Source: an uncultured Chloroflexia bacterium
GTDB lineage: Bacteria > Chloroflexota > Limnocylindria > Limnocylindrales > CSP1-4
Assembly (NCBI GenBank): GCA_963746845.1
Contig: CAVVCZ010000002.1
Coordinates: 32,001 to 96,000 of the forward strand
Direction: 5' to 3'
DNA: 64,000 nucleotides
The notes under the pieces are model-generated. The model was not told where the DNA came from. It searched no databases and saw only the letters and a program-made list of their open reading frames with translations. This document shows positions 52,099-60,474 of the stretch, in pieces. The translations under genes and the position numbers were made by a program. Position 1 is the stretch's first letter, and each line of letters begins with the position of its first letter.

Positions 52099-53400
52099 AT
52101 GACCGACGAGGCGCAACTGACGAGTCCGCGAATCCAACGGCTGCGGCGCGAGATGGAGAGTCGAGGCCCGGCAGCCGTCGATTCGTTCTGGGACGAGGTC
52201 GAAGCCGCGACGACGCCGCTTGTCGAAGCCATCCCCGACGACGACACGGACGTCCTTGTGACTTTCGTTTGGCGCGGAGATTCGGACACGAAGTCCGTTC
52301 GCGTCTGGCATGACGACATGCTCGGGACTACTCCGGCCGAGGCCGCGATGCTCCGGCTCGGCGAGACCAACGTATGGCACAAGACGTTCCGCCTCGCGTC
52401 CGCCCTCCGGTTCGAATACGTCTTCTATCCAAACGATCCTGAGCTGGATGACGAGCCGCTGCCGAGCCCGGAGACGTACGAGGTCGCCCTCCGGCTGGAT
52501 CCGCTTAACCCGAAGCGGTATCTCCTCCCGGACGACGGTGAGCATCCCGAGTGGAACGACTTTTTCGGCGGTTGGTCCAGCTGGGTGAAGCGCGAGCAGT
52601 CGCTCGCGGAGCTGCCGGCGGCGCTTCCCCAGCCCTGGGTGGCAGAGCGCGCCGACGTGGCGAAGGGAATCGTCGACAAGCATCGCTTCGAGAGCGCGAC
52701 TCTCGGCAACACGCGGGCGGTCTACGTCTACACGTCGCCGGGATACGACGCGACCAGCGAATCCACATGGCTCCTCATTCTCTTCGACGCCTGGAGCTAC
52801 CGCGCGATCATCCCGATGCCGACGATCCTCGACAACCTCGTCGCCGATGGTGACATCCCGCCGCTCGCCGCCGTGCTCGTCGACCATCCATCGTTCGACG
52901 AACGGATGCGGGAGCTGTCGTTCGAGGAGCCCGGTCCCGCCTTCGAAACGGCCGTAGCAGACGAGGTCATGCCCTGGATCGGGGAGCGGTACCGCGTTGC
53001 CTCGGACGCGCGACGGGTCATCATCGGTGGTGCCAGCAACGGCGCCGATGCGGCCGCACGGATCGCCGTGGCTCACCCCGAGCTGTTTGGCAACGTGCTC
53101 TCGCAATCGGGGACCTACGGGCGGTCGCCCTCCGGTGACACCGAACCGGAGTGGCTAGCTCGGTGGATTGCCAAATCGCCGCGGCTACCGATCCGGTTCC
53201 ACCTGGAGGCCGGGACGATGGAGAGCGACCCCGGCAGGAGTGGAGTCAGCATTCTCCAGTCGAACCGGCATCTTCGGACGGTCCTCCGCGCTCGCGACTA
53301 CGACGTCCACCTGGTCGAGTTCAGTGGCGGACACCAAATGCTGTGCTGGCAAGGAACCATCCGCGACGCCCTAATGTGGCTCATGTCCGCAGGCACATGA
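52099..53400 (+). CDS. Enterochelin esterase (Fes)-like alpha/beta hydrolase
   Basis: VTFVWRG, LDPLNP, RAVYVYTSPGY, GASNG nucleophile, FSGGH. Confidence 0.85.
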   Translation: MTDEAQLTSPRIQRLRREMESRGPAAVDSFWDEVEAATTPLVEAIPDDDTDVLVTFVWRGDSDTKSVRVWHDDMLGTTPAEAAMLRLGETNVWHKTFRLASALRFEYVFYPNDPELDDEPLPSPETYEVALRLDPLNPKRYLLPDDGEHPEWNDFFGGWSSWVKREQSLAELPAALPQPWVAERADVAKGIVDKHRFESATLGNTRAVYVYTSPGYDATSESTWLLILFDAWSYRAIIPMPTILDNLVADGDIPPLAAVLVDHPSFDERMRELSFEEPGPAFETAVADEVMPWIGERYRVASDARRVIIGGASNGADAAARIAVAHPELFGNVLSQSGTYGRSPSGDTEPEWLARWIAKSPRLPIRFHLEAGTMESDPGRSGVSILQSNRHLRTVLRARDYDVHLVEFSGGHQMLCWQGTIRDALMWLMSAGT

Positions 53401-53591
53401 CGCGCCCATCGGGCTCGCTTCGGAGTGAGGTACGGTGGGGGTCCTCGGTATTCGGTGGTCCGCGTAGCACCGAATTCGCCGGCGACTGTGTCGCGGCCTG
53501 CATTCCCGGATGACAGCGTTGCGGCGATGGCATCGGTATGCGACCGCGCGCGCACACGCCTCACGAACACGGGCGTTTAGTGAGCGGTCTC

Positions 53592-53730
53592 GGTTGTCCA
53601 GGGCCCGGGGTTAGCGCCAGCGGGCCGCAGCGTCGATCCTAGACGGGCACCCCTCGAAACGAACAGCTGATAAGTGTGCCCGTTTCTATCGACCCGGAAC
53701 GCTTGTAGCACTGCGCAGGGGGCGGGAGAC
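53592..53730. repeat. Arm D copy 1
   Basis: Homologous to 59809-59948: GCGTCGATCCT, GCTGATAAGTGTGCCCGT, GTAGCACTGCGCA, GGGCGGGAGAC. Confidence 0.85.
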
Positions 53731-53772
53731 TTACGAAACAGCTGCTCTACCGCTGAGCTATGTCGGCGCCGA
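53731..53772 (-). repeat. Displaced 5' half of tRNA-Thr(CGT), ending at the anticodon loop
   Basis: TTACGAAACAGCTGCTCTACCGCTGAGCTATGTCGGCGCCGA identical to 51667-51708. Confidence 0.92.
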
Positions 53773-54214
53773 CAAGGAGGAGAGGCCCGTCCCGCAGGTC
53801 ATCCACACTGAGCCCGACTTCGCCGCCGCGCTCGAGCCATCGGAGTCGTGGATGCTGGACACGCTCGTCGTCCAGACGCACGCGGTTCTCGAGCGGACAC
53901 GCGAGATCTTCGAGCATTCGATGCCGGCGGACACTGCTGTCGAACCACGTCTGGCGGGCAAGCCGTTCACGTTCGACCCAGCCGTGGCGGAACCGTGCCC
54001 CGCGCCGACCCTGTTCGTCATGGGTCGGCAGGACCGTTACGTCGGATACAAGAGGGCCTGGTCGATCCTGGACGACTTCCCGCGCGCGACGTACGCGGTG
54101 CTGGATCGGGCCGGCCACCTGCTCGATGTCGAGCAGTTCACGCTCCAGCACGCGCTGGTGAACGAGTGGCTCGATCGGGTCGAGGAGTCCGTCGCGGAGG
54201 CTATTCCGGCCTAG
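53771..54214 (+). pseudogene. C-terminal half of an alpha/beta hydrolase
   Basis: PTLFVMGRQDRYVG...LDRAGH; no nucleophile elbow; frame abuts tRNA-half copy. Confidence 0.7.
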
Positions 54215-54263
54215 GCGATCCGATCCGGCGTCATCGTCCCGTCGGTGACCCTGAGCCGTCCGG

Positions 54264-56694
54264 TCAGTCCAGCCCGGCGTTGCGGGCCATTACGGCGATC
54301 TCGACGCGCGTTCGCGCGCCGAGCTTCGACTTGATGTTGGCGACGTGGGTCGACGCCGTCTTCTTGCTGATGACGAATGACTCCGCGATCTCGCCGTCCG
54401 ACATCCCGGAGGCAACGAGCGCGATGACCTCGACCTCGCGCGGCGTGAGGTCGAATCGACCGATCGAGGGCCTCGCCACGGGCGGTCGGTCTTCGAGATC
54501 GACAGAATCGACCTCGGTCATGGCGAGATCAAGAGCCTCTTCGAGGCCCCGCGCCTCTCCGATCACCCAGTGCCGATGAAACCGGACCGGACCGAGCGCC
54601 TTCTGGGCGCTCGCGTAACCGGGCTCGATCTTGTCCTTCGCGAAGGGCGGCGACATGTGCGCTCGAGCTCGCTCAATGGCCGCCCAGCTTTCGACCGCCA
54701 CGTGCATCTGCCCGGCGGGCTCAAGCCATTCCGCTGCCGTCGATCAGCGCAAGAACGCGCTCCCGATTGTTGCCTGATGTGGCCGACGATGTCGACGCCA
54801 TCGCGAAGATGCATTCGCGCCACCGCCAGGTCGCCCGCCTGGGCCATCGTCCGAGCCATGGCGAACGTCGACCATGAAACGAGGGCCTTATCGCCTGTCT
54901 CGCTGAAGATCCTCTCGCTTTCGGTGAGTGATTTCATCGCCGCGCCATAGTCGCCGAGGGAACGGTCCAGGAATCCCAGCTGGAGCAGCGCGTACGCCAA
55001 CGCCCACGCGTCCTCCGCCGTCGCGCGCGACGCGGATGGCGTCGTCGAAGCACGTCCGGGCCAGCACAAGCTCGCCGCGGCGGCGGGCGATCTCCCCTTG
55101 CGTGACGCGGATAGCGACCAGCGGCCCCGCAACGCCGGCCCGGAGCGCATGCACCTTCGCCTCATCCAGCCGGGCCGCGATCTGGTCGAAGTCCACAGTC
55201 GCGTCGTCGAGGGCGACGCGGACGAGCCAATGCATCGCCTCGGCCATCCCGAGCTCGTCCAGACACTCGGTTGCTGCGAGCCAGGCTCGCCTCGAACATG
55301 GCGAGGCTGCGCTCCCGGAGCCCCAGCTCTCTGGCCATACAACCCGCCCGACTGAGCAGCCGGGCCCGAATTGCTGGCCGCGCTTTGGGTCCAACATCAC
55401 GCGCCGTCTCGAGCCAAGACAGGCCTTCGCGGATCCCGCCTGCGCTGTACCAGAATCGGTCCTCGAGCGCCGCAGCGAGCCGGGCAAGGGAGTCGGCGTC
55501 TCCCGTCCCGTGGGCCCAGGCAAGGGCCGCTCGCAGGTTCGCCTGATCGGCGACGAGCTGGCGCATTCGCGGGATCTGCTCCGCCGCGCGCGTCGATCGA
55601 TCCGCGTCCTCCGCCATCGCCAGGAAGTACGCGAGGTGACGGTCGCGAACGACCTTCGTCCTCACCGGGCTCAACCGGTCGAGGGCGAACTCCCGGATGG
55701 TTTCGAGCAACCCGAATCGCGGTTCCCCATCGGGACCGGGCCGGACGGTCACGAGGCTGTGGTCGACCATGCGCTCGAGCATCGACATCGGCGTCGGCGC
55801 CCCGTGTGTCCGCCGGCCATCGGCAACGACCGCCTCGCAGGCCGCGAGGGTGAATCCACCGACGAAGACGCCGAGGGCCGCAAAGAACTGCTGCTCCAGG
55901 CTGCCGAGGAGCTTGACGCTCCACTCGATCGTGGCGCGGACGGTCTGTTGTCGGAGCGGGACGTCGAGCGGCCCATCGCTCAGCAGCGGAAGCAGCGGCT
56001 GGAGCTGGACAAGCAGGGAGGCCGGCGACCGGGACCGGGTGCGCGCGGCCGCGAGCTCGATGGCGAGCGGAAGACCGTCGAGGCGGACGCAGATCTCGGA
56101 GATCGCGCGGGCGTTCTCGTCAGTGAATGCGAAGCGCGGATCCATCGACCGCGCTCGCTCCACGAACAGGCGGACGGCGTCGACCTGTTCCAGCCGGCCG
56201 AGCGATCCCAGGTCCTCATCGCGCGGTAGCGCCATCGAACCGAGTCGGTACAGCTGCTCACCCTGGACGTGGAGAGCCGCACGGCTCGTCGCGAGGACGA
56301 TCAGGGTCGGCCAGCGCGTCATCAGTCGGGCGATGATCGGGGCTGCCGCCGGAAGCTGCTCGAGGTTGTCGAGAATCAGGCGAATCCGTCGGTGACCAAA
56401 CTGCTCGGGAAGCGTTTCGCTCAGGTCGCCCTCAACCGGCTCCCCGACACCCAGAGCCGTCGCGATCGTCGCCAGAATCAAGTCTGGGTCTGTGATTGGG
56501 GCGAGGTCAACGAAGACGAACCCAGCGTCGTCGTCGGACTGGTTCGCGGCGAGTTCGATCGCCAGGCGTGTCTTGCCGCTGCCACCGGGCCCGGTCACCG
56601 TGACGAGACGACCGGTATTGAGCAGTCCGGCCAGGGCGACGAGATCCAGGTCGCGTCCGATGAAGGACGACACGGGCGAGGGGAGGCCGTTCAT
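54264..56694 (-). pseudogene. ATPase (NB-ARC-like)-TPR-LuxR transcriptional regulator, several frameshifts
   Basis: SFIGR, GPGGSGKTRLA, LDNLEQ, LDGLPLAIELAAAR, LLETIREFA; C-terminal LTPREVEV...KTASTHV. Confidence 0.8.
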
Positions 56695-56965
56695 CCTGAC
56701 CAGGCTGGCCCAGTGCTCGGTCCTGGCTCGATCGTTCCAACCCGCATTGCTCCGTCCACTGCGTTTGGAGTCTACGCTCGCCTGCGGTCGGCCTCCGGAG
56801 CCGAAGTTCGCAGGTCCGAATCGAGTCGGGCACGCCATGCTGCGTCGGCTCCGAGGTCCAACGACGAGCGAGGTACCGCGACACCCCGGTTCGTCAACAT
56901 GACGGAGCATTGCTGCCATCGATGCGATGTACGCGAGGCGGTGACACCCACACGGGGACGGCCAC

Positions 56966-57182
56966 TTCCCCAACCGGGCCAGCCTCATCCGACTTGTCGG
57001 AATGGTCCTCGCCGAGCAGGACGATGAGTGGCAGGACGGCCGGCGCTACTTCCGGCCCGAGACGATGGCCCTCATCGACGGCGCCATCGATCACGAGGAG
57101 GTGAGCCCAGGGTTGCTGATGGCGAGCTGATCGACCAGGCTCGAGGGTGACGCCCTGTTACACCACGTCCCGGGACTTGACC
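56966..57182 (+). mobile_element. IS256-family remnant (transposase C-terminus and right end)
   Basis: FPNRASLIRLVGMVLAEQDDEWQDGRRYF...* followed by TTACACCACGTCCCGGGACTTGACC, like IS256 right IR. Confidence 0.8.
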
Positions 57183-57217
57183 CATAGTCATCAGCTCTAC
57201 CGAGCATGCGAACGTCG

Positions 57218-57250
57218 GAAACAGCTGCTCTACCGCTGAGCTATGTCGGC
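57218..57250 (-). repeat. Displaced 5' half of tRNA-Thr(CGT), slightly shortened
   Basis: GAAACAGCTGCTCTACCGCTGAGCTATGTCGGC identical to 51671-51703. Confidence 0.92.
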
Positions 57251-57363
57251 GCCGATCAAGGATAGCCGATGCTCAACGCACAGCGGCTGTTCGCCCTCAC
57301 GGGAGCATGCCGGCGATCGTGCTCAGAGCGGTAGCACAGCTGCTCGAACAGCTGATAAGTGTG
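57251..57363. repeat. Arm U copy 2
   Basis: GCCGATCAAG..TAGCCGATGCT; -10-like TATCCT on minus strand; TCGTGCTCAGAGCGGTAGCA; GAACAGCTGATAAGTGTG. Confidence 0.85.
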
Positions 57364-57431
57364 TCTACGCCGATGACTGTCGGGCACCCTTGAGAGGTCC
57401 CGAACCGCACGACCGTTCGATCTAGGCGCAA

Positions 57432-57827
57432 TCAGCGCGGGGCGACGGCGGCCAGCCCGATGAGCGCCGCCCCCTCGATCATCCGATCGTCGTAGGTCAC
57501 GATCGTGTCGAGGTCGTCACCTAGCGTCAGAGCGGTCGCGAGATGGATGGCATCGAGCGTGCGCAGTATTCGAGGCTCGAGGATGCCGGCCGCATCGAGG
57601 ATCCGATCGTCGATGGCGATCAGGTCGACACGCCGAAGGCCCTCGCGGGCGATGGCGAGAGCGTCAGGCCCCAGGTGGCGGACCGCTCGGAGGGCTTCGG
57701 CCCGGAGGAGGGAAGACGACACGCGGCGAGCCTCGTGCGTCGCGAGGAATGCTCGGAGCTCGGTCGACTGCGCCTCGGTGACGACCAGCTTGACGAACGC
57801 CGAGCTATCGAGATAGACGGCCTTCAA
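57432..57827 (-). CDS. vapC: VapC family PIN-domain toxin
   Basis: YLDSSAFVKL, E, LRTLDAIHLATA, TYD. Confidence 0.9.
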   Translation of the reverse strand: MKAVYLDSSAFVKLVVTEAQSTELRAFLATHEARRVSSSLLRAEALRAVRHLGPDALAIAREGLRRVDLIAIDDRILDAAGILEPRILRTLDAIHLATALTLGDDLDTIVTYDDRMIEGAALIGLAAVAPR

Positions 57828-58096
57828 TCCGTCCGCGCCTTCGACACGAGGTCGGACGGAGCGGGTGAATCGGCCGGCAGCTGGACCGTGGGGAGGTCGA
57901 GCAGGTCAGCCTCGGCGCGACGCAGCAGTCCTTCGCGCTCGAGCTTGGCCAGACCGGTTGGCATCGATCGCAGCAGGACCGCGACCGGACGTCCTCGATC
58001 AGTGACCTCGATCGTCTCGCCCGCGGCGACTCTTCGCAGGATGGCACTGGCCTGACGCCGAAGCTCGCGCACACCGACACGTTCCATGTGCGACAT
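57824..58096 (-). CDS. vapB: Phd/YefM-type antitoxin
   Basis: VGVRELRRQASAILRRVAAGETIEVTDRGRPVA; 4-nt overlap with toxin. Confidence 0.88.
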   Translation of the reverse strand: MSHMERVGVRELRRQASAILRRVAAGETIEVTDRGRPVAVLLRSMPTGLAKLEREGLLRRAEADLLDLPTVQLPADSPAPSDLVSKARTD

Positions 58097-58213
58097 AGTA
58101 GCACTTGTCAGGACGACGTGGCGTAAGCGGGTGTCACTCCGGAGACCCCAATCCTTCCGGGGGGAGCACGGGCTCCCCCTCGGATTGAAGCGTGCCTTGC
58201 GTCGTGTGGCCGA

Positions 58214-59176
58214 TCAGGGAGACGGGGACGCGCCCGATGGGGACGGACTGGTTGCCGGCGGTTCGATCTTGATGGAAGCGACGATGGCCTCGAGCTCGGC
58301 CAGCTCCTCGGCAGAGCTGCTCGCCTGATGCCTGGCAACGACGGCGAAGCGATCGCCGGCGACGTCGACGACATAGACGACATCGGTCGAACCGACGGCA
58401 CTGCAGCACAGGCCGCCGGACTCATCCGGGCCCGGGTCCGGCCAGAACCTGATGATTCCCCCGTCGCATTTCGTGACATCGAGGTCGGCCGGGACGGTCA
58501 ACTCGATCCGCTTGGCCGGGAAGCCCCCCAGGGTGACGTCGGTGGCGGCCGACGCGACCCGGCCCTTCTGCGCCACCAGCAAGCTCGCAAGCTCATCGAT
58601 CGTCGTTCCGGCGTCGACCAGCGTCGCATCGTGATGGCAGGCGTCGGTGTAGACATGAGTGACGGTCCAGATAGCGAGTAGGACCTCGCCAGATCCAGTG
58701 AACGGCGGCATGCTCGCCGCAGCGGCCACGCGATTCCTATAGACGAATACTCCTCCCTCAGCCGTCGCCCATCCCTCGGGTACGGTGACGGTGAACCGCG
58801 CTCCCCCCACGGGCGTGTAGTACGCAATCCAATCATACGTCCCCGGTTCGAGGGCGCCAGCCGCGGGGAGGAGCGACGGTGACGGGCTCGGCGCGAGAGT
58901 GGCCGACGGCGCCGGCGTCGGGCCGGAGCCGGGGCCGGTGCCCGGTGTGAAGACGGTCAGGGCCGCGAAGCCGACGATCGCGACGACCGCGATCCCGGCG
59001 GCGAGCCGCAGCGGAACGGACATTGGTGGGGTCCTCCACGGGATCCGGAGATCCCGCGATTGTGGTGTCGTCTTGATGGCCAGGAAGACGGCGTCGACCA
59101 CCGGCCGAGGGGTCCGGTCGGACCCGTCTGCCAGCCAGTCGTCCACGGCGCGTTCGAAGGCTCGGTCGTCGCTCAT
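58214..59176 (-). CDS. Putative anti-sigma factor with 1 TM and PGTY...ASI extracellular domain
   Basis: ATGA coupling; DRAFERAVDDWL; TM; PSPSP linker; GALEPGTY; LEAIVASIKI. Confidence 0.75.
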   Translation of the reverse strand: MSDDRAFERAVDDWLADGSDRTPRPVVDAVFLAIKTTPQSRDLRIPWRTPPMSVPLRLAAGIAVVAIVGFAALTVFTPGTGPGSGPTPAPSATLAPSPSPSLLPAAGALEPGTYDWIAYYTPVGGARFTVTVPEGWATAEGGVFVYRNRVAAAASMPPFTGSGEVLLAIWTVTHVYTDACHHDATLVDAGTTIDELASLLVAQKGRVASAATDVTLGGFPAKRIELTVPADLDVTKCDGGIIRFWPDPGPDESGGLCCSAVGSTDVVYVVDVAGDRFAVVARHQASSSAEELAELEAIVASIKIEPPATSPSPSGASPSP

Positions 59177-59727
59177 GACAGTCGCCCTTCCTGGACCTTG
59201 ATCGGCGCCCGGCCCGCCTCGAAAGCGGACCGAAGTGCGCGGGTGGCGTAGTGCAGTCGCGAGCGGGCGGTTCCGTCGGGGATGCCGAGCGTCTCGGCCA
59301 CTGCCACGAGGGGCAGGCCCACGTGGTGGTGGAGGACGAACACCGCCCGCTGGTCGAGCGGTAGCCGGCGGAAAGCCTGCTCCAACTCGTCGCGATTGGA
59401 GATCGATTGGTAAGGGTCCACGTCGTCCGCCCGATCGATTGGGAGAACGCGCACGGTCGATGCCCATCTCCGGTTGTGCGGAGCAACCGCGTAGCAAGCG
59501 TTGACGAGGATCCGGTAGGCCCATGCCTCGAAGCGGTCTGGCTCCCGCAGATTCGGCAGCTTCCGCCAAATGGTCACAAGGGCGTTCTGCAGAACGTCCT
59601 CGGCGAGGCCGGGATCGCGCAGGATGCGTCGAGCGATCCCGAACAGCGTGTCGCTGACCTGGTGCACCAGATCCTCGAATGCCGCCTGGTCGCCCGAGCG
59701 CGCCCGCTCGACGAGGTCTCGGTCCAT
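59173..59727 (-). CDS. ECF sigma-70 factor
   Basis: DLVERARSGD, AEDVLQNALVTIWRKLPNLREPDRFEAW, GTARSRLHYA. Confidence 0.92.
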   Translation of the reverse strand: MDRDLVERARSGDQAAFEDLVHQVSDTLFGIARRILRDPGLAEDVLQNALVTIWRKLPNLREPDRFEAWAYRILVNACYAVAPHNRRWASTVRVLPIDRADDVDPYQSISNRDELEQAFRRLPLDQRAVFVLHHHVGLPLVAVAETLGIPDGTARSRLHYATRALRSAFEAGRAPIKVQEGRLS

Positions 59728-59808
59728 GGGTCTCCGGCGATCAGCCGTGGTCGAGACGACCGCGGTCTATCGAGCATGAGGGTACGGAGCGCCGGAATCG
59801 TTCAGTGC

Positions 59809-59948
59809 GGGTAGTCAGGGTCGGCTCGGACGCTAGCGGCCCGGAGCGTCGATCCTGGGCGGACCACCCCAAGAATCGAATAGCTGATAAGTGTGCCCGT
59901 GTGTATCGGGCCGCCACTCGGGGTAGCACTGCGCACAGGGCGGGAGAC
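59809..59948. repeat. Arm D copy 2
   Basis: Homologous to 53592-53730. Confidence 0.85.
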
Positions 59949-59989
59949 TTACGAAACAGCTGCTCTACCGCTGAGCTATGTCGGCGCCG
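59949..59989 (-). repeat. Displaced 5' half of tRNA-Thr(CGT), ending at the anticodon loop
   Basis: TTACGAAACAGCTGCTCTACCGCTGAGCTATGTCGGCGCCG; followed by TAGCCGATG promoter remnant. Confidence 0.92.
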
Positions 59990-60080
59990 CCCACGAATAG
60001 CCGATGGTCACAGACATCCGCCCGACACCGCCCGGTCGCTCGACGCCGGGTGTCGTGCGTCGTTGCCGTCGAGGACGGGC

Positions 60081-60125
60081 TTGACACGGCCCCGACAACG
60101 TCGTATATATCGACCATCGATATAT
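60081..60125 (+). promoter_or_regulatory. Sigma-70 promoter with overlapping probable PadR operator
   Basis: TTGACA-N17-TATATA; inverted repeat ATATATCGA-CCA-TCGATATAT (60105-60125). Confidence 0.7.
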
Positions 60126-60150
60126 CGACGATCGTAAGAGTGGCAACCCG

Positions 60151-60474
60151 ATGGAAGCCAGGATCCCCGAATTCGGACGGTTCACCGAACCGTCCCTGCT
60201 CATCCTCGTCAGCCTGAGTGACGGGCCGAAGCACGGCTACGCCATCATGCAGGACGTCGAGCGGGGCACCGGCCGGCCCATGGGCCCCGGGACGCTGTAC
60301 GCGGCCCTCGTGCGCCTCGAGGAACAGGGCCTGATCGAGGCCTTGACGCCGGAAGAACGACGCCGGCCCTACCGACTGACCGCGGTCGGGGCGACGAACC
60401 TCGCGCAGCAGCTCAGGGATCTCTCGGCCTTCGCCCAACGGGGTCTCAGCCAGCTCGGCGAGCCCGAGCCATGA
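60151..60474 (+). CDS. PadR family regulator
   Basis: LSDGPKHGYAI, GPGTLYAALVRLEEQGLI, RRPYRLT. Confidence 0.92.
   Translation: MEARIPEFGRFTEPSLLILVSLSDGPKHGYAIMQDVERGTGRPMGPGTLYAALVRLEEQGLIEALTPEERRRPYRLTAVGATNLAQQLRDLSAFAQRGLSQLGEPEP

Noticed and set aside
51971-53617. Classical integron attC/attI sites around the esterase (CCCTAAC, GTTTAGG, GTTAGCG)
   Set aside because: Could not find a properly paired RYYYAAC...GTTRRRY with L boxes; no intI in the window.
57348-57375. Chromosomal dif site
   Set aside because: Only the left arm loosely resembles XerC sites; the XerD arm (TTATGT..A) is absent.
53731-59989. Additional functional tRNA genes or split/permuted tRNAs
   Set aside because: The copies lack T-arm and 3' acceptor strand, an intact gene exists, and no complementary trans-splicing leaders were seen; att relics are simpler.
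51629-59990. CRISPR array interpretation of the roughly 37-nt repeats
   Set aside because: Repeats are tRNA halves separated by kilobases of genes; no cas genes in the window.
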